Source: Podarcis pityusensis (taxonomy: Eukaryota). Taken from it: a stretch of 64,000 nucleotides of DNA. The stretch lies in the NCBI GenBank assembly GCA_964106645.2, contig OZ067040.1; one strand, written 5' to 3'. The translations under genes were made by a program, and so were the position numbers. Under the pieces are notes generated by a model. That model worked only from the letters and a program-made list of their open reading frames with translations, ran no database searches and was not told the DNA's origin. Position 1 is the stretch's first letter; each line of letters starts with the position of its first letter. Below, piece by piece: positions 11,833 to 22,648 of the stretch.

Positions 11833-13819
11833 GTTTATTCATTAGTTCTTCTGTGAGACTCAGTCGGAAATAGATAGTGGCTAAGGAAGGGATAATAAAG
11901 GGTAGCAGTTAGATCTAATAATTTTCCTGTTAGTCACGACCAAAGTTAATTCATTAGTGAAGGAGAGGTACAGAAAAGTTAGTACAGCATCAGGATCTTT
12001 TCTTTGTGGCCATTGTTGATTGTCAGTCTCAAAGGCGGACCAAAGGAAAGTCTGGCAAAGGAAAGCTTCACCAACAGGAAAATGCTCTCAGTCTATACCT
12101 AGGTTCCACCTTTTAATTTTATGACTGGCATAAGAACCAGCCAATCAGCCCTGAGCATAATACTTCAGCAGGAAACAAGGAGAAATAATTCTACCTAAGT
12201 CTGATCCAGGGCAGAAGATGGTACATGTGCTCAAAATGTGTTAAGTGCACTTCCACAGCAGGATCATCACTAGAATTATTATGGATGTTTGGACTTACCA
12301 CTGTCTGGCACTGTACATGGAACTAACCTTGATGCCTGTTTGCAAGTTGTATCTTAGCCTATCAGCTGTTGAGTGTGGGCCTCTATGACCATACTCTACA
12401 ACTATATTGATTGCACTGTCAAGTCTTGGCACAATTCAAGGTGACAGTGATTCCCCTTTCAACTCTTATATGGTCTGCGTCCAGCATATCTTGGAAAACT
12501 CCTGACCTGAAACCATGGTAGCACTTTCTCTAGAACCACAAACTATTTGCAGTGTGATTCTTTCTGAGCTTCCCTGTGCGATTTCAGACAGGCAGATGAA
12601 GCAAACCAGCTAGCCTTGAGATGGTTGAGAATTGTCTCAACATGGATGCCTGTGTCCACATATTTAGAGAGATGGGATGTAATCGTCATCAAGGAGGTGG
12701 AACTTGAACTGTGTGAGCACAACAACCTGCTCTGAACCTACTATTCACCAAGACAAGCATGGCACAGGCGTCGCTGCCATGGGCAGTGCATTCCTTGGAG
12801 GCCTGATCTGCTATCCCTGTTGCCTGAGGCAATCCCTCACCTTGCCTCATGGGTAGGCTGACCCTAGAAGCACACAATCTGCAGATACGCTCTCCTGCAG
12901 AAGCCGCCTTCCCCTCAGTCTGCACTGAATGCAGAAGTGAGGAAGTTTGGGAAATGTCAAAACGTACCCTGAGGGAAGATGGGGCTTGTAACAAAATAAA
13001 GCCCAAATATAATAAGGACGGGCACAAAGTATATTTTACAGCTGAACTGTAAAACAAAATGCATATTGAAAGAGCTTTGTGAATTGGATACACTTGAACT
13101 GGATACACTTCCTCTTTCTAAACCCCATAAATCTCATGAACATTTCATAAACCAAATGAAATGTTGTATGAGGTCCATTTTTATGAAAAGCGACCAGCTA
13201 TTTTCTGTCTCTTCCACAGGGTTCTAAGCAGAAATGGACAGCAGAGGCCTGTCTGTTATGCAAATGGAGGGCTGCCCCGCCAACCTCAATCAGCCTCCAA
13301 TGGCCTCTCTTCTTACTCACATCCAGTTATGGGGATGGCACTGACTATCAGCTTTCTCTGCCTTAGGGTCAGTGTTGCCCCTGTAGAACTCAGTAGGGAG
13401 GATGGGGATGGGGACAAAACTAGAATGAGTTGTCCCTGCCTCTATGTACTGTTGGCCTCTCTTCTTTCTTCCCTACCAGTCTCAACAGGCACCAGCCACT
13501 ACTGAAAACGGACCATCCACATCCTTAGGGCTTTCCCCCTACAATAACCTCTGCCATCACACACAGAAAAGAGTGACAGCTGTCACAGCAGGACGAGCAA
13601 CTGTTTGCTGTCATTAAAAATAAATAAATCAAAGCATGTGGGTTTCAGTAATGAGGACTGGGAGCACACAGTGTTCAAAGAATCAAATTTTTTAAAGCAC
13701 AGTCAAGGAAATAATAAGTCCCCCAGAGCACAATATTTATCAGGAAGCTTAGTTTGGTCAGAATTGAGTATACTGTTGAAACAACACTAAATACATTACA
13801 TATGGCAAATGAGCCACCA

Positions 13820-13837
13820 TAGCCACTAGAGGGCCAT
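13820..13837 (+). promoter_or_regulatory. CTCF-like motif
   Basis: TAGCCACTAGAGGGCCAT. Confidence 0.55.
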
Positions 13838-14046
13838 GAAAATTTGTGTCCCAGGCTTTTTAGACTCGTCTAGCCACGTAGTATCTGAAACCCAAGGGGC
13901 ACCTTGGTTGCCAGATGTAAGGTTTTCCCCCCCAGCTCTCCTACCAAACTATTAGAGAGTAATACATTTCTGAAAAACAAATAAATGACAAAATTATAAC
14001 CAACAGAATGCCTTTTTTGAGTGACTAGCTGAATGTGCTAGTCTCT

Positions 14047-14147
14047 GCATCTTAAAAAGCAGAGACATCACCTTGCCAACAAAGGTCCGTATAGTTAAAG
14101 CTATGGTTTTCCCAGTAGTTATGTATGGAAGTGAGAGCTGGACCATA
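14047..14147 (+). mobile_element. BovB (RTE) LINE, 5' part of a truncated copy interrupted by CR1
   Basis: Encodes ..ILKSRDITLPTKVRIVKAMVFPVVMYGSESWTI; continues at 15176. Confidence 0.9.
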
Positions 14148-15175
14148 GAATCATAGAGTTGGAAGAGACCACAAGGGCCATCGAGTCCAACCCCCTGCCA
14201 AGCAGGAAACACCATCAGAGCACTCCTGACATATGGTTGTCAAGCCTCTGCTTAAAGACCTCCAAAGAAGGAGACTCCACCACACTCCTTGGCAGCAAAT
14301 TCCACTGTCAAACAGCTCTTACTGTCAGGAAGTTCTTCCTAATGTTTAGGTGGAATCTTCTTTCTTGTAGTTTGGATCCATTGCTCCGTGTCCGCTTCTC
14401 TGGAGCAGCAGAAAACAACCTTTCTCCCTCCTCTATGTGACATCCTTTTATATATTTGAACATGGCTATCATATCACCCCTTAACCTCCTCTTCTCCAGG
14501 CTAAACATGCCCAGCTCCCTTAGCCGTTCCTCATAAGGCATCGTTTCCAGGCCTTGACCATTTTGGTTGCCCTCCTCTGGACACGTTCCAGTTTGTCAGT
14601 GTCCTTCTTGAACTGTGGTGCCCAGAACTGGACACAGTACTCCAGGTGAGGTCTGACCAGAGCAGAATACAGTGGCACTATTACTTCCCTTGATCTAAAT
14701 GCTATACTCCTATTGATGAGGCCCAGAATTGCATTGGCTTTTTTAGCTGCCGCGTCACACTGTTGGCTCATGTCAAGTTTGTGGTCAACCAAGACTCCTA
14801 GATCCTTTTCACATGTACTGCTCTCAAGCCAGGTGTCACCCATCTTGTATTTGGGCCTCTCATTTTTTTTGCCCAAGTGCAATACTTTACATTTCTCCCT
14901 GTTGAAATTCATCTTGTTTGTTTTGGCCCAGTTCTCTAATCTGTCAAGGTCGTTTTGAAGTGTGATCCTGTCCTCTGGGGTGTTAGCCACCCCTCCCAGT
15001 TTGGTGTCATCTGCAAATTTGATCAGGATGCCCTTGAGTCCATCATCCAAGTCGCTGATAAAGATGTTGAATAAGACCGGGCCCAAGACAGAACCTTGTG
15101 GCACCCCACTAGTCACTCTTCTCCAGGATGAAGAGGAACCATTGATGAGCACCCTTTGGGTTCGGTCAGTCAGCC
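14144..15175 (-). mobile_element. CR1 LINE 3' portion (RT C-terminus and 3' UTR), nested in BovB
   Basis: ORF2 motifs [65 protein letters not shown]; ATTCTATG terminal repeat; one apparent frameshift near 14550. Confidence 0.95.
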
Positions 15176-15576
15176 GAAGGCTGATCAATGAAGAATTGAT
15201 GCTTTTGAATTATGGTGTTGGAGGAGACTCTTGAGAGTCCCATGGACTGCAAGAAGATCAAACGTATCCATTCTTAAGGAAATCAGCCCTGAGTGCTCAC
15301 TGGAAGGACAGATCCTGAAGCTGAGGCTCCAATACTTTGGCCACCTCATGAGAAGAGAAGACTCCCTGGAAAAGACCCTGATGCTGGGAAAGATGGAGGG
15401 CACAAGGAGAAGGGGACGACAGAGGACGAGATGGTTGGACAGTGTTCTCGAAGCTACCAACATGAGTCTGACCAAACTGCAGGAGGCAGTGGAAGACAGG
15501 AGTGCCTGGCGTGCTCTGGTCCATGGGGTCATGAAGAGTCGGACACAACTAAACGACTAAACAACAACAACAACAA
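15176..15576 (+). mobile_element. BovB (RTE) LINE 3' end
   Basis: RVPWTARRSN..LKLRLQYFGHLMRR..GRQRTRWLD..WRALVHGVMKSRTQLND* followed by (CAA)n tail; candidate TSD AGCTGAATG at 14027-14035 and 15576-15584. Confidence 0.95.
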
Positions 15577-15784
15577 GCTGAATGGTTTTCTCCATTCACT
15601 ATCTAACTTATCAAATCTAGAACTGGGGATGATTTTTTTGCACGGTTGAGATTCATTATGGAACCCTTGAATTCTGTTTTTGTCTTCCTCTATAGGCCAA
15701 TTCACTTGCTTAAGTGGTTTGCAGACATGCTGATGTGGACTTCATTTGCTAGACTTGTACATGGTGGCCTGGATCAAGTGGGAA

Positions 15785-15972
15785 GGGGCCATAGCTCCAT
15801 GGCAGAGCATCTGCCTTGCAAGCAGAAGGTCCAAAGTTCAATCCTGGGCATCTCCAGGTAGGGCTGAGAGACTCCTGCCTGAAAGCTTGAAAAGCTGCTG
15901 TCAGTCAGTACAGACAACACTAGCCTTGAGGCACCAGTGGTCTGACTCTGCATAAGCCAACTTCCTATGTTT
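15785..15972 (+). mobile_element. tRNA-derived squamate SINE
   Basis: tRNA-like head ggggccatagctccatggcagagcatctg...gttcaatcc, then LINE-like tail ending cttcctatgtt. Confidence 0.75.
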
Positions 15973-16280
15973 CAGTGTTCCAATGTGTTTTAAAATCTGC
16001 AGTCTGTAGCCAACAATACCTAGCAACTGATCTTTTGGGCTCTAAATCCAGCACATCATTTAACCCCCCACAGTGTGGTCTTCAAAACCCTTTGTCTTTC
16101 AGGTCTCATCTTTTCGGATAAAATGAAGAGGGAGAGAACCATGTACGCTGCCTTGAGCTGCCTGGAAAAAACGGTGGGATATAAATGCAGCAAATAATAA
16201 ATATCAACGTGTGAAGGGATTCATGGACCCCAGATAGAGAGATGCATGAGGCAACAAACCATGTGGTCTTGTGTGGCAAG

Positions 16281-16455
16281 CAAGGGCGCCAACTTGAATA
16301 AAATATTGTGGAGGGGGCAGGTAAGACCCGCTCCACATAATCAATCACATGACGTGGCACACACGCACAATTTGAATGGGATTTCCCCTCAACTTTGGGG
16401 TGGGGCTAGCCCCCTGAACTATTTTATTGATGGGTGGGCTGAGGGGACCTCAGCT
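16281..16455 (+). mobile_element. Lizard MITE; inverted homolog at 17885-18063
   Basis: aacttgaataaaatattg..ggtaag..cacataatc..cacatga..caatttgaatgg matches the reverse complement of 17885-18063. Confidence 0.6.
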
Positions 16456-16559
16456 CCTAGGATTCAGCTACCATTTCAGAGGTAGCATTCTGGCCATGCC
16501 ATGCCATGCCCAAGTGGTCAAAGATCTGAGTGTAGCTTCAAAAAGAGATTTGGCATCAA

Positions 16560-17450
16560 AACACGCCCCCCGCGCTATCCTCTAATTTCACCCGCTGATA
16601 CCCGGGGGGGGGGGTGGCTGGCTGAAGCTGGCAAGTCCTCACACACCTTGCAAAGCCAGCCTGGGAAACAGAAGCCTCTGTAAGAACTCGAGGGAGGGAG
16701 CGAGGGAAGTACCGGGCTGAGCTCCGTCCTGGGAAAGCAGCGCGGGGGGCCCTTTGGCCCGGCGCTCTCCTCCGTCTCCGTTTCCCTGCGGATCTCGCGT
16801 GCGCGCCCGGGGAGGGGAGGAGATGGCCAGAGGCTTCCCATCAGCCGCAGATCACGCCAGGCGGACTCCGCACGCAACGGGGAGGTGACACACGCCGAGG
16901 GTAGGAAACTTCTCCAGCCTCCGGGGGCAGAGGAGGGCTTTCCCCTACCTCCAGCTCCGCGAGAAGCTTGGGGGGCTGCTTTTTTGCACGGCACTTGCGA
17001 GCTCCACTTTCCTCGCGGGGCCCGGAGGGAGCAAGAAGAGGAGACGGCTCGCCAGGTCTCTCGTCGAGGAAGCAAGAGAGTTGCCTGGGCTTCCCCTCGT
17101 CGCAAGGCGCTGCTCCTCCCGAAGCAGCCCGAGGCGGAGCTGGTGGGCGGCAGCGGCAAGCGCGGCCGGGATCGGGGGCCGAGGCTGGCGCTGATTGGCC
17201 GGCGCGAAGGACCTGCTGCCCAGAGCCGAGGAGCGACCGGGATCTTTTCGAAACCGCTCGCTCGTCCTCCCCCAAGAAGGGGCTGCTGTGTGCGTGCGGA
17301 GCTCGAGTCTTGGCCGGAGGCAGGATGAGCCAGAGAGATGTGGCAGAAGCTTTGGTGAACAGGTGAGTCCCCGATCCTGCGAACATTCAATTCCCCCCAC
17401 CCTATCCCGTCCTTTTTAATATGGGGTGGCTTGTGCGAGGAAACGGCCAG
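16560..17450 (+). promoter_or_regulatory. CYP1B1: CYP1B1 CpG-island promoter with XRE cluster
   Basis: CpG-rich; TNGCGTG-type XREs at 16795-16801, 16853-16859 and 16871-16877; GCGTG cores at 16562, 16891 and 17292; GC box GGGCGG 17145-17150; inverted CCAAT (ATTGG) 17194-17198; splice donor AG|GTGAGT at 17362/17363. Confidence 0.85.
17325..17362 (+). CDS. CYP1B1: CYP1B1 exon 1, probable coding part (MSQRDVAEALVN + phase-2 AG)
   Basis: ATG with A at -3; 38 nt to a consensus donor; splices in frame (AG+C = Ser) to exon 2, which has no ATG before the membrane anchor. Confidence 0.65.
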
Positions 17451-17675
17451 TCGTGCCTTTTTGAGGCAATGGATCCTCCTGGGGTGGGGTGCCCCTCCAA
17501 CATATACTTCCCTTAAGGGCGTTTACCCAAATAGCTGCTTTGAGTCTCACCCCAATAAGTTGGTTTGCTTAGGTCCCCAAATCTTTGGGTGACAACCTGG
17601 GGTGCTTTAAAGAGGTGTAGCTGCCTTAGCTTGTGGCAGCAAAAACTGCAAAGACTTCTGCGGCACAGGCAAATA

Positions 17676-17879
17676 CAGTGGTACCTCAGGTTACAGATGC
17701 TTCAGGTTACAGACTCCGCTAACCCAGAAATAGTGCCTCGGGTTAAGAACTTTGCTTCAGGATAAGAACAGAAATCACGCAGTGGCAGCGTGGCAGGCCC
17801 CATTAGCTAAAGTGGTGCTTCAGGTTAAGAACAGTTTGAGGTTAAGAACGGACCTCCAGAACGAATTAAGGTACCACTG
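17676..17879 (+). mobile_element. Tc1/mariner MITE in CYP1B1 intron 1
   Basis: TA-CAGTGGTACC...GGTACCACTG-TA; same family as 7331. Confidence 0.9.
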
Positions 17880-17884
17880 TACAT

Positions 17885-18063
17885 AGCAGCCACCTCCTAG
17901 GGGCCAGGGGCTTCGACCCCCCCATAAAATATTTGAGGGGCTGCCCCCCCCCCGAGTTAATGGGCATTGCCATTCAAATTGTGTGCATGCAGTGCATCAT
18001 GTGATTATGTGTGATGGGCTTACCTAGCCCCTCCCCAACATTTTATTCAAGTGAATGCATCTA
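17885..18063 (-). mobile_element. Lizard MITE (inverted partner of 16281-16455)
   Basis: caacattttattcaagt, gggcttacc, tgtgattatgtg and ccattcaaattgtgtg are reverse complements of motifs in 16281-16455. Confidence 0.6.
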
Positions 18064-18809
18064 TTATAGCATCAGCTTCCATGGACTAGAGGTCTCAGAT
18101 GCAGATGTTGCCCTAAGTTGGCAAGCATAGGTGGAGAAGAGTCCTTGGCTCTCATTTGCCCCCTGCTGTTAGATCCCTTCCACCCGCAGTAGGATAAAGG
18201 ATCTTGCAGCATCATTTGTAAGTGCGAATGCTGACTTGTTTCCATCTTCTTGTTTCCATCTTCAACCCACCTTCTGCACGCATGCTGAGGGTGAGGAATG
18301 GGAAGGCCACTCCCCTGCCCACAATTCTGGAGTACAGATTTGTGTGGGTAAAAGAGCGGTTTAAAAAACCATGGCTGTGGATACAAGTCCAGAACCCAAG
18401 ATTGTGAAAGTTTCTAAAAGTGGCTTTCTAAGGCTACTGGTTTGAGTGTGGCCAATCTACAGCATAAAGGTGACAGCCAACTAAGTCACACTCAGGAGTA
18501 GATCCACTGAAATCAAGGGCTCTACTGATTCAGAGTATGAAGAACATTGGGTATCGCCTTAAGATCCCACACCTCCACTTTCCATTCTTGATAGTCTCAT
18601 TGAGCTCAGTCATTCTGGGGCTACCTCCAACTATTTGTCTACCCCAGTCCTATCAATGGTAAATTGCATTGACTTGATTTCTGCATATTGGTCGCAATCC
18701 TACAATCAATCAATCAATCAATCAATCATAAATCACTTGTCCCATTGCCTTTGGTGGGTCTTGAGGCTGAAACCTATACACATTTACCTGGAAGTAAACC
18801 TTACTGAAA

Positions 18810-19167
18810 GGGACACGGGTGGCGCTGTGGGTTAAACCACAGAGCCTAGGACTTGCCGATTAGAAGCTCGGCAGTTCGAATCCCCGCGACAGGGTGAGCT
18901 CCCATTGCTCAGTCCCTGCTCCTGCCAACCTAGCAGTTCAAAAGCACATCAAAGTGCAAGTAGAGAAATAGGTACCGCTCCGGCGGGAAGGTAAACGGTG
19001 TTTCCGTGTTCTGCTTTGGTTTGCCAGAAGCGGCTTAGTCATGCTGGTCACATGACCCGGAAGCCATCTGCGGACAAACGCCGGCTCCCTCGGCCAATAA
19101 AGCGAGATGAGCGCCGCAACCCCAGAGTCGGTCACGACTGGACCTAATGGTCAGGGGTCCCTTTACC
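18810..19167 (+). mobile_element. Full-length Sauria SINE (Squam1) in CYP1B1 intron 1
   Basis: gggacacgggtggcgctgtgggttaaaccac (A box)...gttcgaatcc (B box)...ggtcaggggtccctttacc tail. Confidence 0.93.
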
Positions 19168-20781
19168 ACTTACAACAAAACAAATAGTGAACTGGGTAAC
19201 TGCTATGTGTTTAGCATCAGGATATACAACTGCAACCTGAAGGTTAGCTTGTAATCTTAAGTTTCCACACAAGTTCCAGTGAAATCAGTGGACTTTGTTT
19301 CAAGTAAGGATGTGATGCTCTGCACTTACTTGAGAGTATAGTACATCCTATTGAAACTAGTGAGACCAAAAGCTAAGTATCATTTTGAAAAGCTGCAATC
19401 CCTTTTTTATTTGGGCAAGCAATTAATGGTCAGGAGAAGAGGGTTGTTGTAATGTACCAGTACGAAAGCAATTCATTGCTCTGCTTGAATTCAGTCTAAC
19501 TTATTGTGCAGAACACCTTACTTTTGAAGTGATGTGATGGATGCTGTTTAAGTATTGCAAGTTTTCTTACTTCACTGCTAGGTTCCTGCCTGAAACAGTG
19601 CATAGATATGCACAAATATGATGAATTCCCACATAACATTTCAAAGTGCAAATTTTCATGGAGTGTTCATGCCTTTTTTCTGGCAGGACTCTGGGAAGCT
19701 TTCCAAAAGCACAAACCAAAGATGAAGTTTAGAGCAGGGTGGATGGAAATTGATGGTCTTTATTTTTAAAATATGTTTTTAAAATTTGTAATTTTAAGGA
19801 AACTGGTTCTTTTATTTGTTTACTCTTTGTTTACTCTTTAGCGATATTACATATCATATTTTAAAAAAACACAACTTGGTTTAAACTAAAGCCTGTACTT
19901 AATGCAAGCATGCATTCAACGATCCCCTCACATACACTGAATTAAAGCCTGCTTTTCCAACATGGAGGAAAAAACCATGGAAATCATGAATGTGTTATTA
20001 TACTTGATTATGAACGTTTCTGATTCTGCAATAAACTTCCCAACTTATGCAAAAACAAGTTCCCCCAGAAATTACCACACTTGCTTTTGAAAAGTACTAG
20101 ATGCTTACAGCTAAAGCTTACTCAAAATTCACTCCAAAAACAGCATTTTTGCAATATACACTTAGAAAAGTGTACACATTCTATACTGGAGTATAGCCCT
20201 TGTTTTCAATATTTGGTTCACAGTGCAACCCTGTACCTTTTTATTTGGACTTAAATCTCCTTGTTTCCTGGGGTTTACTCCTTAGCAAGTGCGTTTAAGG
20301 GCACGATCAACATTAGAGTTAAGAGCCTTGATAGCAAAAAGGCTTTATGAGTTACAAACCAATACACTTGTTACAGCAGCCAATTAACATACACTTCCGT
20401 TGAGAAAACACAGAGACGGTTTAAGTCAGTGTATTTACTCTTCAGACACACACGCACATGCTGCCTAAAATTAACCTGCCCGGGCTCCTAGTATTATTAC
20501 CGAGTATGTAGGGCAGGCTGCGAATGCTGGATGCCGAGTGTCTATAGCAGGCTTGCAAGTTTGAGGGCCCTCAATTTGGTGGGTGGGGATCCCTTTCCAC
20601 ACAAAGGAAACTGCACGTGCTGGAAGTTTTGGTACATAACAGTTTTTCCCTCTTTTTCAATGGCGCCGCATTTAAAACTGCACCTGCGGCCTGACGCGCG
20701 GATGGCGGGGGCGCTTCCCAGCCGCAGGCTCTGCTGCCCGTCTCTGTCTCTGCTTGTAACCCTCCGCCCTTCTCTCCGCAG

Positions 20782-21777
20782 CGTGCGCCCCCGCGCCTTG
20801 GAAGAGGTGCTCCCGGCCGGCGTGCCCCCGGTGCAGGGCTTGCTGCTGCTGCTGCTCTCGCTGCTGGCCGCCTTCCACGCGGCCAGGCTCCTGCTGCAAG
20901 AGCGGCGGCGGCGGCGGAGGCTGGAGCCGCCGGGCCCCTTCCCGTGGCCGCTGCTGGGCAACGCGGCTCAGCTGGGCAGCGCCCCTCACCTGGCCTTCGG
21001 GCGCCTGGCGGCCACCTACGGCCACGTCTTCCAGCTGCGCCTGGGCGGCTGGCCCGTGGTGGTGCTGAGCGGCGAGCGCGCCATCCGCGAGGCGCTCATC
21101 CGCCAGGGGGCCGCCTTCGCGGGCCGCCCGCCTTTCCCCTCCTTCCAGCTGGTGTCGGGCGGGCGCAGCTTGGCCTTCGGCGGCTACTCGGAGCTGTGGA
21201 AGCTGCAGCGGCGCCTGGCGCACTCGACGGTGCGCGCTTTCTCGGCGCGCCGCCTGCTGGAGCGGCCCCTGGTGGCCGAGGCGCGCGCCGTGGTGCGGCT
21301 GCTGGTGCGCGCCTGCGCCGGCGGCGCCTTCGTCGACCCGTCGAGGAGCCTGGTGGTGGCCGTGGCCAACGTCATGAGCGCGCTGTGCTTCGGGCGCCGC
21401 TACAGCCACGCCGACGCCGAGTTCCGGCGCCTGGTGGGCCGCAACGAGCAGTTCGGGCGCACGGTGGGCGCCGGCAGCTTGGTGGACGTGCTGCCCTGGC
21501 TGCAGCGCTTCCCCAACCCGGTGCGCTCCGCTTTCCGCGCCTTCCGCTCCCTCAACCACGAGTTCTACAGCTTCGTGCGCCAAAAGTTCGTGCAGCACCA
21601 GAGCAGCCTCCGCCCGGGCGCCGCCCTCCGCGACCTCATGGACGCCTTCCTCCGCCTCCAGCAGGCGCAGCCCGCGCTGCCCTTGGAGCACGTGCCCGCC
21701 ACCGTCACCGACATCTTCGGCGCCAGCCAGGACACGCTCTCGACCGCCCTGCAGTGGCTCTTGATCTTCCTCATCAG
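20782..21777 (+). CDS. CYP1B1: Cytochrome P450 1B1, exon 2
   Basis: Polypyrimidine tract + CAG acceptor ending 20781; hydrophobic anchor, basic stretch, [49 protein letters not shown]-helix [10 protein letters not shown]; donor AG|GTGAGC at 21777/21778; very GC-rich. Confidence 0.97.
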
Positions 21778-22078
21778 GTGAGCTGCTGGGCCGCGGGGTG
21801 GGGTGGGGGCCTCGGAGGAGACCGAGGCAAAAGCGCCACTTGACCCTCGGAGAAGCTCAGGTGGCGGAACTGGGGAAGGTCCGGACCCGAAGAGGAGCTG
21901 ATCTCCGCCGAGAGGCGGTGAGAAAGCATTGTTTTCAACCCGAGGGCCACATTCCCCACTGGGCAATCTTCCGAGGGCCGCATGAGCGGGTAGAGAGGGA
22001 TGAGGCTAAAATGGGGGCAGAGCAAGGAATGGGAATTCTAACTTCGTACATTGTTAGGCCAGTTTCTACATACACTTG

Positions 22079-22105
22079 CACACACACACACACACACACA
22101 CACAC
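22079..22105. repeat. (CA)n microsatellite
   Basis: Directly visible. Confidence 0.97.
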
Positions 22106-22331
22106 GCCGAATCCAGGTGAGCAAAAGGCTTTATGGATTGGAGTGCCAGAACCCGTTCCAGGCACGCACAAACTCTCAAGGAGAGTGCAAAGCTGAAGGA
22201 CAAAGAAGCCTGAAGGCCTATATTTGCTGCTTGAGCTGAGGTTCTCCAACCATGTAGAGAAAGCTGAATGTATCTTCCCATAAAGTTGAAGGCGATAGCT
22301 GAGGTGCACATGGCATCAATTTTGCCCATTC

Positions 22332-22648
22332 TTTTGTTGTTGTTGTTTAGTCGTTTAGTCGTGTCCGACTCTTCATGAACCCATGGACCAGACCATGCCA
22401 GGCACTCCTGTCTTCCACTGTCTCACGCAGTTTGGTCAGACTCATGTTTGTAGCTTCGAGAACACTGTCCAACCACCTCGTCCTCTGTCGTCCCCTTCTC
22501 CTTGTGCCCTCCATCTTTCCCAACATCAGGGTCTTTTCCAGGGAGTCTTCTCTTCTCATGAGGTGGCCAAAGTATTGGAGCCTCAGCTTCAGGATCTGTC
22601 CTTCCAGTGAGCACTCAGGGCTAATTTCCTTAAGAATGGATGCGTTTG
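22332..22648 (-). mobile_element. BovB (RTE) LINE 3' fragment in CYP1B1 intron 2
   Basis: (TTG)n tail; minus-strand SILKEISPECSLEGQILKLRLQYFGHLMRR..KSRTRLND*. Confidence 0.93.

Noticed and set aside
12543-12600. Minus-strand REAQKE peptide resembling the RMDN2 last exon
   Set aside because: No splice acceptor at the right place; the true exon with acceptor and SLKL* is at 37867-37920
15785-15860. tRNA-like sequence (also at 18810 and 45704)
   Set aside because: SINE heads with degenerate cloverleaf followed by SINE body and tail; not tRNA genes
16575-17419. Several 130-270 aa ORFs in the CYP1B1 promoter
   Set aside because: Stop-poor CpG island; Pro/Arg/Gly/Ala-rich translations with no recognisable domain
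20531-20781. 83-aa N-terminal extension of the 416-aa CYP1B1 ORF
   Set aside because: It runs through a polypyrimidine tract and CAG acceptor at 20779-20781 and has no P450-like sequence; most likely an open intronic frame
20672-21843. 339-aa antisense and 299-aa alternative-frame ORFs over CYP1B1 exon 2
   Set aside because: Expected shadow ORFs of very GC-rich coding DNA; low-complexity products
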